This document shows positions 12,455 to 26,124 of a stretch of 64,000 nucleotides of DNA, one piece after another. The stretch spans positions 133,052,001 through 133,116,000 of the forward strand of contig NC_042999.1 in assembly GCF_006345805.1 (NCBI RefSeq), read 5' to 3'. Position numbers and translations under genes: made by a program. A model generated the notes under the pieces. It did no database searches. It was not told the origin of the DNA and saw nothing but the letters and a program-made list of their open reading frames with translations. The stretch comes from Octopus sinensis. Lineage: Eukaryota. The stretch's first letter is position 1. Each line of letters starts with the position of its first letter.

Positions 12455-12949
12455 TTATATACATATATATATACATGTAGGTATGTATACACACATGCAT
12501 ATGAAAAGAACGGTATTTCTTTCATCTTTTCTACATATATTTATGTAGAAAAGATTCTCTCCACTATTTGTAGCTTCTATATATTGAGAATGACGCAAAG
12601 TAACCTAAACCACGGTCATTCTTAATCTAAGATTTGTCTCAGTCTTTGAATCCCCCCACACACGTACGCACACGCAAGCACATACACACACATGTATATA
12701 TATATATATGTATGTATGTATGCATGTATGTATGTGCGAGTGTGTATGTCTTTGCGTCTATGATATCACCGTTACTACTTGACAACCGGTGTTATTTTGT
12801 TTACGTCTCTTCTACTTGGCGGGTCATCAAAAGAGCCTCATAGAATAAGTATGAGATTAAAAAAGAATTCTAGGATCGATTTGTTCGATGAAACTTCTTC
12901 GTGGTGATACCTCAGTGACGAAAATAACTATAAAGGAAAGAAATGCAAA

Positions 12950-13015
12950 AAAGTACCACCAGTATTAGTAGAAGTAGCAGCATCACAACCTCTACCACTA
13001 TCTTTACTACCACTA

Positions 13016-13060
<45 letters not shown>

Positions 13061-13900
13061 TACTACTACTACTACTACTACCACCACCAGCACCACCACA
13101 AACATCAAAATCAATAGTACCACGACCACCTCAATCATCATACCACCGACTCAACCACCACCACAACCATCACCACAGCTACCATCATTACCACCACTAC
13201 CACGACAACCACCACAGCAACTACAACCATCGCAACTACAACCACCACACCACTTCGACCATCACCACCATCACAACCACGAAACACACCACCACCTCAA
13301 CTATCACCACCACCAGCGTCTCCAGCTCCTTGGCACCTCTACCAAACCCGTCATCCACCATCGTCGTTGTCACCATCATCACCATCAACTGTAGCATCAC
13401 CAGCATTACCACCGTCGCTATTTCTCTCCCGTCATCACCACCACCACCACCACCACCATCACCACTATCATCGTCCGCAATAGTAGCAATCACTAACTCC
13501 ATCTCCCACCGCAATCACCATCACCACTATAACCATCACCACCATCATAACTATTACGACTACCACCACCACCACCACCACCACCACAACCACACCACAA
13601 CAACCATCACCACCACCACCTTCACCAACACCACAACCATCACTACCACCACAACCACTACCATCACCACTACCACCACCACCACCACCACCACCACCAC
13701 CACAACAACAACAACAACAACAACCAACACCACAACTACCACGCCATTACTATCGCCAGTATCCCTTCCACCAATACCAACACAAACACAACCACCGCCA
13801 CCATCAACAACAACAACAACACATTCACCTCTATACTATACAATAATACACTCTACTATATATACTACCACCTTCGCCTCTTAGAGTAGCTTCCAACGCC
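12950..13900. repeat. Degenerate triplet tract (ACT/ACC/ATC/AAC)
   Basis: Explains the poly-T/H/P ORF 12943-13884. Confidence 0.9.
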
Positions 13901-14348
13901 ACCGCCACCACCGAACACACCCCTAAAAGCAAAACCAAATAACCAAATAACCAGCAACCAGCAACCAAGCTCCTAACTCACTCATTCGCCCACAAACACT
14001 CATCATATTTTGGTTACCTCTGAACTGACAGCTCTTTCACTCTGGCTACATCTCCTGACAACATTCGTTAGTTACTCGAAAATTGCCAAAACCTGATACA
14101 TACAAACTATTTCAGACATCGTTTATAAAGAAAATTAGCAGAACAGACCTTGTTTAGCTACTACAATCATTGCACGCCAGACTTTTTCACTCAATTTCTT
14201 ATTGTTCTATATTCCTCTGCTTTTGTTATGCTTTTGTTTTGCTATTATTGTCATTATTATTGTTATTGTTATTATTGTTTTAGCTTTTTTTACTTCCCCT
14301 CTTTCTTCTTCACTCTACATTCTTTCTCTCTCTTCTTCTTCTTCTTCT

Positions 14349-14380
<32 letters not shown>

Positions 14381-15874
14381 CGTCTTTCTCACAGTGTTTC
14401 TCTCTCTAAGTTTCTTATTCTTCTGATGTGTACGCGTGTGAAAATTCATATGTGCGTGTGTGTGTATGTGTACGTGTGTGTGAGTGTGCACATGCGTGCA
14501 TGTGTATTTATTTACATACATACATACATACAAGCATATATATATACGCACACATACGTACATACATACATAATACATACATAATTCATACATATACACG
14601 CATACATATATATATATATAATATATATATATATATATCTTCACTCACATACATATATGTATACATAAACATACATATTACATACATGCGTACTTACATA
14701 TATACATACATCTATGTGTGTGTGTGAGAGTATGTATGTATGTATATGTATGTATGTATATGTATGTATGTATGTATGTATGTATAAGTACTTGTGATGT
14801 ATGAGTATGTGTACACAGCTAGCTCTCTCTCTCTCTCACACACACACACACAATTCAGAGTAATGTATGTACACACGTTTATACACATACGTGTATATAT
14901 TCACATATTTTCAACACACACACAAACATACACTCTCCTTTCCTCGCTTCTTACTTCCCTCCCCCTCTCTCTCTCATACGCACTCACTCACATACACACA
15001 CAAACACATAGACGTTCGTAAATATATTTACATAGACAAAATATATCCATACATCCTTTGAGAACCTCTCAAGTGACAATGTATGTCAAAATGATTGAGC
15101 GTTAGTCATGTATTTGACATTTAACGTAAATCTACTTTAAATTGACACAGACTTGTAATGTACAGCTGATCATTAGTTTCTCATTTCAATTTCGTTTATT
15201 CAAGGAGACGTAACATATAAGCTGTCAGTTTTTTCCACCCCCTGTTCACGAGTTCGCATTCCGAGACAGTCACAAACGTTGCGTTTTATCTCTCTGCTTA
15301 CACTTTATCTGCTTCAGATTAGCCAACAGAGGAAGATTTATTTAACAACATGCCAAAATTGTATACTAAATATTGGGTTTACATTTCAGGGTTAGAATCT
15401 ACTTCAGCTCTTAATAATTGCCGTTCCTATTAAAAGGCACATGTGCGAACTACATTATAGGACTGTTCAGATATATGTAATGACGCTGCCGTTAAAAGCA
15501 GGCATTTACAAACAGATCCAAAGCTATTTTATTTGTTATGATTGCACTCTTAATTCTCGACTGCTTTTAGTGATTTTCACTATATTGCCATTATTTGTAA
15601 CCCTTTCTGCCTCTATTATGCAACTAAATTTTGGCTGGTTCTCAGAAGCCTCTGTTTCACCCATCCAAGACAATCTGCAAAGTTTGATGAACGTAAACTA
15701 CGTTTCTGACTACAGTTCCATATATACTCTTATGGTGAATCCTTCTTTGGTATCCTCTACTCGTCCCCTTATCCATTTTCTTTCTCTCGCGTCCTATACA
15801 TTATATTACTCTTTTATCCGTATCATCATGTGAATTATGGCCATACTGAAGTACCGGAGTCTGGCAATTAATCA

Positions 15875-15955
15875 AATACATGTGGGTACGAACCGACGTG
15901 GACATTCGCCCGCTGGAAGGTAAATCCAATGATTTAGCCACTCGGCCGTCGTGCT
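15875..15955 (-). pseudogene. Decayed class II (Leu/Ser-like) tRNA-like sequence
   Basis: GCACGACGGCCGAGTGGCTAA...TTGGA-TTTACCT-TCCAG, long variable arm, GGTTCGTACCCAC. D, anticodon and T arms are recognisable; the acceptor stem does not pair. Confidence 0.45.
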
Positions 15956-16377
15956 TAGCTAAAAGCATTTTACAGTCTTTCTTCACCAGACATGAAGCTC
16001 CAGAAAAACTTACCAGCTTTCGTTTTCTCTGCAACAGTGGTTCTCCAAGAGTGCACTTCTAGGAGCGTTGGAAAAGGGTATCTCGGTACGCCACAGAGGA
16101 TAACTACATGCATAGCGGGTTTTGAAGCTATATATAATTATGTTAGACACACATATGATTAATCAAACAAAGTAGACAACCGTTTTCGAAACTCTCTTTT
16201 TTTTGTAGTTTTAACTTTCAAAAAATTTTTTTTCTAAGTATACTTTTCATGCGAACTATGCTAGTAATTTCTTGTATAATCTCAAATGCATCATGAGGTC
16301 AGTAAGACGGAAAACAATTACTATACAAACATTAATTTCAATTAGTTCACATTAACCACATTGACCTCATCACTGAA

Positions 16378-16437
<60 letters not shown>

Positions 16438-16914
16438 GGCGATAGATTGATAGATACATAGAGAGAAGGAGAGAGAGTGAGATTGTGTGTGTGTGTATCG
16501 GCAAGGTTCATATGCGCTGACCATTCTTCTCCCAGATGACTCCTCTGTGACATACAGTTAATGTGTTTCCAACGATACATTACTGGACATTGTAACTGTC
16601 AAGTCCTAGACTGATTGTAAATGTAGTATTGATGATTTGCTAAAGGTCATGTATATGACGCCAAAAACGTTTACGACTTGTTGAAACGATCAACATATCT
16701 CACACATTGTATCCTTTATATTTCAATCTACAAAGTAGCTGCAAAACTCTACGGCTACTAATTATTAGTAGGAATTTTTTTTAAAAATCTAGTAGTACAC
16801 CACATGTACACCTAAAGATTAAGATTTACAGTAAAAGATAATCCTGACACATATTTTAACATGAGGAACCGTTAATCATGACATTTTTTTCTCTTTCTCA
16901 CTACATTTTTCCCT

Positions 16915-17045
16915 CTCATCCCTTTCTGTCGAAGAGCGTAGGCTCGAAACGTCAAAGACTTTTCCATTTTATCCGAGCGTCAAACTAATACACTTGCTTG
17001 TTGCTCTCTTACTAGTCTCTGTTTTTTGTTTTCTATGCATTTGGA
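16915..17045 (+). ncRNA. Hammerhead-bearing short repeat (copy 2)
   Basis: cttt-CTGTCGA-A-GAGC-gtag-GCTC-GAAAC-GTC-aaag at 16922-16957. Confidence 0.72.
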
Positions 17046-17528
17046 CCTAATATAAATATAATTTGTTATGTCTCAGAAAGGCCACTCATAAGAAGACATT
17101 TTATCGTTTCACGTCCACTGCAGTACATACCTGGTATTCTGCATACAAGTTGCTGTTTATCTCCATTTCAAATCTGATCGATCAAATATTTGTCTAAAGG
17201 AAATCCAGCCGTGACTGCACCGTCCTTTTTGCGGTATCTAGGACTCTGTCATCAAATGTGTAATTTTAAAGCAGAGTGGGGCGAAGTATTATTTGTATGA
17301 GATATCACTGATATCTGTAGCAAGCGTGGTGACCGCGTATAGGCTTAGTCGTTCGTTCGTCTGGTACTGGTTCTACTGACACAAAGCGGCTGATAAAAAT
17401 CGAAAGGAAACAAATGATAAAAGTGAAAGACGGTCCAAGGTGACACAGTGATAACAGACGTTATAGATTACCACAAGACATTTAAACTGGCATCCTAGGT
17501 GTCGATGATGATGACGATGATGATGATT

Positions 17529-17580
<52 letters not shown>

Positions 17581-18597
17581 CGACGATGATGATGATGATG
17601 GTAGTACTTGTTTTGTTGACTCCGGAGAGTCAACAATCAGTTATTTCATTGGTGTGTGTGTATGTTTTGCACGAGCTCTGTTAGAAGCCAAACAAACGGA
17701 TTAAATACGGTATCATTATATTCGTAAGTGTTGCTACTTAGAGAAGAATCTTTGTTTCTTGAGTCGGTGAACTGGTTGGTCCCAACTAGTTAGCTGAATT
17801 CCACTTGGCAAGGAACCAGCAGGTGAGACACAATTCAGACTATGCGATGGTGAACATACAAGTGTTCTAATCAACATTGTTCTCCCAAAGGCTACATTAT
17901 AGCAGTGCACGAACCATTTAGAAGTTTGCGGTTGCAAGCTTAAGATGAGAGATGCTTATGGAAGGACGTATCTAGAAGGTGAGTATAGTCTAAACCCTCC
18001 TTCTTTTAAGGGAACGACCTCCTGAATGACATGCCTAACAAAAAATGACCTATAATCTTTTTAGTAATGTTGATGATGAGCCATGTACCTTGCGGTTCGC
18101 TTCTTGGAAAAGATCGCCCTTGTTTGATATAAACCATCCCATTTCTAGAATTGATGAAGCAGAATCAAGCCACGTTTACAGACATGTGAATTCAAAGTAA
18201 AACTGATAAATTTCTGATACATATTACGCTATATATTAAATTAATGTGAGAAGTATGTGATCTGATGCTGACCAAGCAAACTGTTGCATGTAAAGACTCT
18301 TTTGACAGGGTAAAGATTGGTTTTGGATAAGTGAAGTAAAATCAAAATGGTTTGGACAACTGATATGTTCACCATGGGTAACGGTGGTTGGAAATTCGAA
18401 CTAACACAGTTCGAAATAAGCAAACGATTTGGTGAAGAGGGAGTTGTAGAAGTGGTAAAACGATTTTTTGTTTTTGTTTACATTGAGAATAAAACGAAGG
18501 AGATAGTTTTGTAAGGATAGTGTCGAGTGTACATGTATATCTGTGTGTATGTGTATGTGTGTGTAATAGTTATATATATATATATATAAGCACACGT

Positions 18598-18875
18598 GAA
18601 GGTGCCTCGCATAGTGGTTAGCGTGTTCAGTTTATGCTAGGAAGTTGGTAAGTTTGGTTGCCGGCGGCGCGTTTTGTTTTTTAGCAACACACTTTATTTC
18701 TCGTTGCACCAGTCCACTGAGCTGGCAAAAATGAGTTGTACCTGAAAATCAAAGGACCAGCATAATCTCATTCTGTGTCACACTGAATCTCCTTGAGGAT
18801 TACGTTTGTTCATGAGCAGATTGTTCCGTTTAATCGATCAAATGGAACCCTCGTGATTGTAACCGATGGAAATCT
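18598..18875 (+). mobile_element. SINE family 3 (tRNA-derived)
   Basis: gaaggtgcctcgcatagtggttagcg...tagcaacacactttatttc...ccagtccactgagctggc; related copies at 21785 and 23613 and on the minus strand. Confidence 0.7.
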
Positions 18876-18944
18876 AGTTTATACATACATGTAACTACAA
18901 GTGTGCTGTTGCTTATTTCTTTTCGCTCTCTGGACTTTTCCCTT

Positions 18945-19030
18945 TCTCTTTTTCAGACGAAGAGCTATGCTCGAAACGTCAAACTCTCTACTTTCAGTGA
19001 GCGTCAAGCTAATACATTTCGTGTACAAGG
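18945..19030 (+). ncRNA. Hammerhead-bearing short repeat (copy 3)
   Basis: ttt-CAGACGA-A-GAGC-tat-GCTC-GAAAC-GTC-aaa at 18951-18983. Confidence 0.68.
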
Positions 19031-19184
19031 CTTCATGCAGACAATCTATCGTATTTTTCATTTATTTAATATTCATTGGAATGTTAAAATCTTGAAGGAT
19101 GAAGAGGAGGATGTAGTGTCTATAGCAGACTGGTACCTCAGTCTTACTAAACCAAAATTATTATTAATATAGATTCGAATTATA

Positions 19185-19377
19185 AGACGGCGAGCTGGCA
19201 GAATCGTTAGCACGCCGGGCGAAATGCGTAGCCGTATTTCGTCTGCCGATACGTTCAGAGTCCAAATTCCGCCGAGGTCGACTTTACCTTTCGTCTTTCT
19301 GGGTCGATAAATTAAGTACCAGTTGCGTACTAGAGTCGATCTAGTCGAGAAGCCCCCTCCTCCAGTAGAAAAGAATA
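19185..19377 (+). mobile_element. SINE family 2
   Basis: ggcgagctggcagaatcgttagcacgccgggcgaaatg...caaattccgccgaggtcgact. Confidence 0.88.
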
Positions 19378-19409
19378 TAGATTTGAATTATTTGTCTATT
19401 TGAATTCAC

Positions 19410-19469
<60 letters not shown>

Positions 19470-19578
19470 TTTCACGAAACTCCTGGAACTTGAGACACTC
19501 TTTTACTTCCGCTGAATGTCAATATTTGTATTATAGTGCATTGTTGTACCATTCAAAACTTTTATTCTTTATCAATAT

Positions 19579-19986
19579 AGGCGCAGGAGTGGTTGTATGG
19601 TAAGTAGCTTGCTTACCAACCGCATGATTCTGGGTTCAGTCCCACTGCGTGGCACCTTGGTCGAGTGTCTTCTATAGCCTCGGGCCGACCAAAGCCTTGT
19701 GAGCGGATTTGGTAGACGGAAACTGAAAGAAGCCCGTCGTATATGTGTATATATATATATGTGTATGTGTGTGTAGGTTTGTGTGTCTGTGTTTCCCCCC
19801 CCCCCACATCGCTTGACAGCCGATGCTGGTGTGTTTACGTCCCCTTAATCTAGCGGTTCGGTCAAAGACCGAGAGAATATGTACTAGGCTTGCAAAGAAT
19901 AAATCCTGGGGTCGGTTTGCTCGCGTAAATGTGGTGCTCCAGAGTGGCCGCAGTCAAATGACTGAAACAATTAAAAGAGTGAAGAG
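19579..19986 (+). mobile_element. SINE family 1, full length
   Basis: Same head, body and tail as 11985-12382. Confidence 0.9.
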
Positions 19987-20658
19987 TATATATATATATA
20001 TTTACACACATACATATATACACAAGTGTATATAATTGTGTGTGTGTGTGTTTTGTGCCTGTTGATGTGTATGACTGTATGCATGTGTGCTCGTCTTCGC
20101 GTGTATATTTTTCCAAGTCTCGAGGCACCATGTACCTGGAACCAGATAGTTCTTCTGCATGCCAGAACGTCGTGCAAAGTCATTTTAAAGGAGAGCAAAA
20201 ATTACCCATGCATACAAATCCCCCATTCTCCACGCCAAATAAAGTTTTCCCAAGAATGGCAAACGGCCGACACAGCCTGGCACCAGTGCTATGGCAGGCG
20301 TTGCCGTCAGACTAATAAAAGTTGGAACATATACGGCAAGGCATCCTTTATGACGCCCTAACAATTCGGACAATCAACCACCCTGCACCTGTACTTTAGA
20401 AGTGCGCACACACACACACACACACACAAACAAACAAACAAACACACATGCACACATGCATGCATGCAAGCACACATGCATGCATGCAAGCACACATGCT
20501 CACAAGTGCACACGTAAACAAGCACACACATATAAATATGTATACAGACATATATACTTATATATATATACTTATATGTATATATATATATATACTTACA
20601 TATTTATATATATTTATATATACACACATATATACGTAGACATATATGCATATATATG

Positions 20659-20730
<72 letters not shown>

Positions 20731-21279
20731 TATGTATGCATGTATGTATGTATGTATATATACATATATACACACACACACATATATGTATACATATACA
20801 TATGTGCGCGTATGCGTGGGTGTGTGCGTATGTGTGTCTGTGTGTGTGTGTGTGCGTGTGAGTGTGTGTCTATCATGTCATATCCTATCGTATGCTTGAT
20901 TCAGTCGAGAGAGCGCCAGTCAGAAATAATTAACCCAGTTATATCTTCTTACCAGTATTCACTAAGAAATTTCTAATTAAACATTGACACATGAAAGAAG
21001 AAGGAACATTTTACACCAAACTAGTGCCGAATGTAAGTTATCAAGTGTAGGCATGGTGGTCGAAATACAACGCTATTATCTCTGTGATGTCAGTTCAAAT
21101 CTTATGCAGTCGTTGTGTAATAAAAAAAAAGATACTTCCCTGTCTGTAGTTTTTTTATTGTTTTTTGATAACCATTTATCTTTTTTGCTGTTTAGTAAGG
21201 GGCAGAGTAGCCCTTATAGGTCTAGGTTTTGTTGGTGTTTGAAATCTAGTAGAAAAGCAGGATACATTTCATGTTCATC

Positions 21280-21510
21280 TTAAACATCCTTGTTCTCCTC
21301 CTCCTCCTCCTCCTTCTCATCATCAACATCCTCAGCCTCAACCACTTAATCATCAACATCATCGTCTTCCTCCTCATCATCATCAAAATCGCGCCTTCCC
21401 CCTCATCATCATCATCATCATCATCATCGACATCATTATCGTTATCATCATCATCATCATTATCATCATCATTATCTTCTACATCATCATCATCATCATC
21501 GTCGTCGTCG
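21280..21510. repeat. (TCA)n/(TCC)n degenerate triplet tract
   Basis: Direct inspection. Confidence 0.9.
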
Positions 21511-21784
21511 TCAGCACATTGAATACCACAGGTCACTTTAATGCTCTACATATTTGCCTACGGGTTTCCACACGACTGAGATTCGATCCCTTCAACGGTG
21601 GCTACAGGGTCATGGCGGGATTTTGGACTAAGATTACGAAACCTCGGAAGAATTGCTTGCAAAGCATCTTCTGCAGCTCACTGAGGATTTTCGCAGCCTA
21701 CACTCCTTCCTCGACCGATGACGCGATTTGAACTCGGAACGCAAAAAAGGCAAAACACATACTGACGCGCCATCAATACTGAGT

Positions 21785-22020
21785 GAAGTCGCATGCCTTA
21801 GTGGTTGGGGCGTTGCGTTCGCGATCATAGGATGGTAGTTTCGATCCCCGGTCTGGGTGCTACGTTATGTTTTTGAGCAAAACGCTTTAATTTCTGTCGC
21901 TCTAATCAACTCGTCTGTGTATGGGTTAACTCAGCGACGGACTCGCATCTCGTTCATAATGATTGTTGTGATGTCGGTCGCTAATCCCTTATGGAATTCA
22001 GGTAACCGGCCATATGATTT
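21785..22020 (+). mobile_element. SINE family 3, diverged
   Basis: gcatgccttagtggttggggcg...gtttcgatccccggtc...tttttgagcaaaacgc. Confidence 0.7.
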
Positions 22021-22059
22021 CTAGGTCACGAAGCAGTAATGTCAAGGGTTGGAATTGAT

Positions 22060-22250
22060 GAGGATGTTAGTGGTGGTGATGATGATGATGATGACGACGA
22101 TGATGATGATGATCGTGGTGATGATGATGATAAAGATGATAATGATGATGAAGATGATGATGATAATGATGATGATGATGACGATAATGATGATTATGAT
22201 GATGGTGGTAGTGATGATGATGATGACAACGACGACGATGATGATGATCG

Positions 22251-22296
<46 letters not shown>

Positions 22297-22370
22297 GATG
22301 GTGTTGATGATGATGACGATGATGATAATAAGGATGATGTTGATGATGATGACAATGGTGAAGGAAACAA
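22060..22370. repeat. (GAT)n degenerate triplet tract
   Basis: Explains the poly-D/M/I ORFs. Confidence 0.92.
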
Positions 22371-22409
22371 CAACCGTGAATTCGATATATATATATATAT
22401 ATATATATA

Positions 22410-22530
22410 TCGTGGTTTCGTCTGAAGAAAAGGAAATGAATATAAACAGTAGCATCATGGCATGGTCAGAAGGAAGGGGAAATACCCTTGAACTTTTGTT
22501 AGACCTTCTGATACTGGTGAGATTGATACG
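22410..22530 (+). repeat. Unclassified dispersed repeat; a related copy lies reversed at about 24010-24125
   Basis: ggggaaatacccttgaacttttgttagaccttctgatactggtgagatt vs the reverse complement of aatctcactagtgtcagaaggtctgacaaaagttcaagggtatttcccc. Confidence 0.75.
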
Positions 22531-22779
22531 ATTAATGTTTGTTTAGATTCAAAATCTGCATGATGAGATCTACCAGAAGGTCAACGTGCCAGAGGAGAAA
22601 ACATTTGGAAGAGCGCTTGGTTTGGTGAGATATAGCTTGGGTGATGGAAACTGAGAGAGGTGAGAGTCTGTGGTAGGTGTTGGCGGAGATGATAAACAAC
22701 GTGGTAATTCGGAGAAGCAGTAAGTACTGTTTCGAGTCTTAGGGTTCAAAGTGACCAAGGCCACAACATTTCCCTTAGG

Positions 22780-22955
22780 ACGGAACACCAATCCGTCCCA
22801 AGGTTACTCATTTAGAGCTGAGCAGGTTTGGATCGACGTAAAATAAAGAGTTTTGCTCAAGAAAGAACGAAAGAAAGAAACGTGCCGCTGCGCGAATCGA
22901 AACCATGCTCTGGCGATAGCGAGTACAATACTCTAACCACTAAGCCACGTTCCTT
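22780..22955 (-). mobile_element. SINE family 3 fragment
   Basis: ttttgctcaagaa...gaatcgaaacc...ctaaccactaagccacg. Confidence 0.7.
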
Positions 22956-23612
22956 CGGCAACCAGAGAGGCAGACGCTGTTGCAGTTTCAACAGACAAAA
23001 CAGACTGAGAAGGCAATGAACGTGGTTTATGATGAGAGTAGGTCCAGTCATGAAAATTTCATATTGTTACGACTATGTTATCTATTATGCCTTCCTATTT
23101 CTAACCTAATAGGTTGTAATCTAAGGGAGATTTAGCTGCTATTTTTACTGGACAAGTGATTATATAATTGACGGTTACGTTAGTTATTGTCTAAGTTGGA
23201 ATATAGAGAATATATATAACGAAGATACATTATTAAAACTGAGAAATGTCAAAGATTTCAAGGGGTCATTAATGCCGAAATGATAATGCACTAAACTAAT
23301 TGTTAGACAATATTTCATATTCTGCAATCCAATTAAAAATCTTTTTAGAAATAACTTTGGCCCAAGCAGCGGATATACAATATGATAGATAAAGAGACAA
23401 CGATCTACTCTCTGTTACTATAAGTTGGTATTCTATCTTAAAATGCACAGTAAACATTTCTGATTGGTATACGAGCGACATCATTCATTCATTCATCCCC
23501 CGACGTGGTTGAACAGCCAATCCCAACCAGTCGGGGTTCACAATACGACCGACACGAGCACCTCTCAACCGTGGTGCTTGATTCAGTCTATTAAGGTTTA
23601 GGAATGTATATA

Positions 23613-23760
23613 GAAGCGGGGCGTGGCTTAATGGTTATGCTGTTGGACGCATGATCGGGAGAGTGTGGTTTCGAGTGCTGAACAGGACGGTGGATTGTGT
23701 TCTTGAGCAAAACATTTCATTTCGCGTTGCTCTAGTTTGCTCAGCGACCAAACAATGAGT
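23613..23760 (+). mobile_element. SINE family 3, 5' fragment
   Basis: gcgtggcttaatggttatg...gtggtttcgag...ttcttgagcaaaacatttc. Confidence 0.7.
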
Positions 23761-23830
23761 AATATTAGTGACCCAGGAAAGTCACCCAAACGGAGGCTTC
23801 GTAAATTAGGTTTTGTATTCAGCACACCCA

Positions 23831-23902
23831 TGAACTTTTGTCAGACCTTCTGACACTAGTGAGATTAATATGTGTATATGGACGTATATGTGTGTGTGTG
23901 TA

Positions 23903-23961
<59 letters not shown>

Positions 23962-24051
23962 CGTGTATATATATATATATATACACACACACATATACGT
24001 CCATATACACATATTAATCTCACTAGTGTCAGAAGGTCTGACAAAAGTTCA
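23831..24051. repeat. Near-perfect palindrome (arms about 75 bp) centred on (TA)n
   Basis: tgaacttttgtcagaccttctgacactagtgagattaatatgtgtatatggacgtatatg... and its reverse complement ending ...gacaaaagttca. Confidence 0.95.
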
Positions 24052-24159
24052 AGGGTATTTCCCCTTTTCTGGCTAAGACATGACATTATTGTTCATAGCC
24101 ACTTCCCTTCTGACGAAACCATGACATTACATGTTTGTGCATATGCATGCGTATACGTG

Positions 24160-24202
<43 letters not shown>

Positions 24203-24229
24203 ACGTGTGTGTACATACACGCTGAATAC

Positions 24230-24397
24230 AAGGTCACCGTTCGGGTGACTTCCATTGTTTGCCAGCTGAGTGAATTAGTATAACGTGAAATGAAAGTATT
24301 TCTACTCAAGAACATAACGCATCACCCACTCCTGGAATCGAAACCAATATCTGACGATCATGAGTCCAACATCCTACTACTAAGTCACGCCTCTCTG
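24230..24397 (-). mobile_element. SINE family 3 fragment
   Basis: ctcaagaacataacgc...ggaatcgaaacc...cctactactaagtcacgcct. Confidence 0.65.
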
Positions 24398-24902
24398 CTA
24401 CATACTTTCATAAACCTTAATAGATTATGTATCTTGTGTTAAGCACTCACTATAATATCCTATAAATATTTAGTTTAACTATAATAGTGTGCAAGTATTC
24501 ACTGGACATTGTGATTGACAACGACCAGCCGCAGGATGTATCTTCGAAACTTGACCAAGTTTTATAACCGATCATTCCTCAAAAAAATGCATAAATAAAT
24601 AAAACACAACAAAACCAAATAAAATTAATAATTTACCAGAGACACTATAACAATATGCGCAATTAATGATATGTTAGATATATTGAGGGAAGAAAGTGCA
24701 GTCCTAGCACTTACAAATTAAACAGACAGATACTGGATATCGGAGTCTATCGTATTTTTAACTACGCACTTTTTTTTCCTGGGGAAGGATTCAACAATTT
24801 TAGGGAGTTGCATAATCTCAAGATGGCAATTAAAGAATGGCAATAAAACAATACATACATACACACATACATATACACACACACAAATATATACATACAT
24901 AA

Positions 24903-24963
<61 letters not shown>

Positions 24964-24967
24964 TATA

Positions 24968-25250
24968 TATACGACAGGCTCTTTCAGTTTCCGTCTACCA
25001 AATCCACTCATAAGCCTTTGTCAGCTCGAGGCTGTAGTAGAAAACACTTGCCCAAGGGCCACGTAGTGGAACTGAACCCAAAACCATGTGGTTGGGAAGC
25101 AAGCTTCTTACCACACAGCCGCTCTTGTGCTTTTATATAAATACGACGAGCTTCTTTCAGTTTCCATCTAGCAAGTCCATTCACAAGACTTTGGTTAGCC
25201 TGAGATTATACCAGAAGATACACGCCGTGGATCTGAAACCGGAACCATGT
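24968..25250 (-). mobile_element. Two SINE family 1 5' fragments in tandem
   Basis: acgacaggctctttcagtttccgtctaccaaatcc...ccacacagcc, then a second acgacgagcttctttcagtttcc. Confidence 0.75.
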
Positions 25251-25361
25251 GCTTGAAAAGCAAATCTCTCGCTACAAATCACAGATACATCTATTATACA
25301 CACACACACACACATATTCACATATATCAGTGCATGGAGATGTGTGTGTGTGTGTGCGTGC

Positions 25362-25408
<47 letters not shown>

Positions 25409-25599
25409 TATGTATTACTTCAAGCCACTGAAATACGAAATATCTACGTACTACGCCAGATCATTATGGCGGTCTGATAAGTTACGTGGATTTCTCGCGT
25501 AAGGAAACTGCTGGGAACCGTCTCTATTAGTTTCATCACTTCAAATCAAATAAATGCTCGACTTTACGGCATTGAGTACTGCTTCTTCAGCTTGATGCT

Positions 25600-26093
25600 A
25601 CATAACCACTAACACCACTAATAGTGCAACTACAACAATAACAACAACAACAATAACTACTACTACTACTACTACTACTACTACATACATGCATATATAT
25701 GCGTGTGTGTGGGTGGGTGTGAGTAGGTGTATGCGTGTGTATATATATATGCAAACATATATACATATATATATATATGTATATATATATACATATATAT
25801 GTGTATATATATGTGTGTGTGTGGATATACATATATATATGTGTGTGTATGTATGTATGCATACGTACATGCATGTATTGTGTGTGCAACAACTACAACA
25901 ATAACAATAACAACAGCTACTACTACTACTATTACTACTACTATTACTACTACTACTACTACAACTACTTCTGCATACACACATACATGCATATATATGT
26001 GCATATATATGCGTGTGTGTGTGGGCGGGTGGGTGTGAGTAGGTATATGTGTGTGTGTATATATATATATGCATACATATATACAAATATATA

Positions 26094-26124
<31 letters not shown>

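Noticed and set aside
12943-13884. 313-aa Thr/His/Pro-rich ORF, and the poly-Asp/Met/Ile ORFs at 21246-22546 and 27152-27847
   Set aside because: Degenerate triplet repeats with no non-repetitive domain and no splice context.
15441-16062. 130-aa and overlapping ORFs in unique sequence
   Set aside because: No recognisable motif; the length is within chance range.
17945-17978. Possible first coding exon MRDAYGRTYLE with strong donor AG|gtgagt
   Set aside because: Too short; such donors occur by chance many times in 64 kb.
22547-22624. Possible 78-nt phase-0 exon IQNLHDEIYQKVNVPEEKTFGRALGL (tttag|...|gtgaga)
   Set aside because: Splice signals are plausible, but I recognise no homology and find no partner exons; needs RNA-seq.
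22410-24125. CTGACGA/CAGACGA-AACCA at about 24110 and 22415 as further hammerheads
   Set aside because: No stem II closure or GAAA half is found downstream in either copy.
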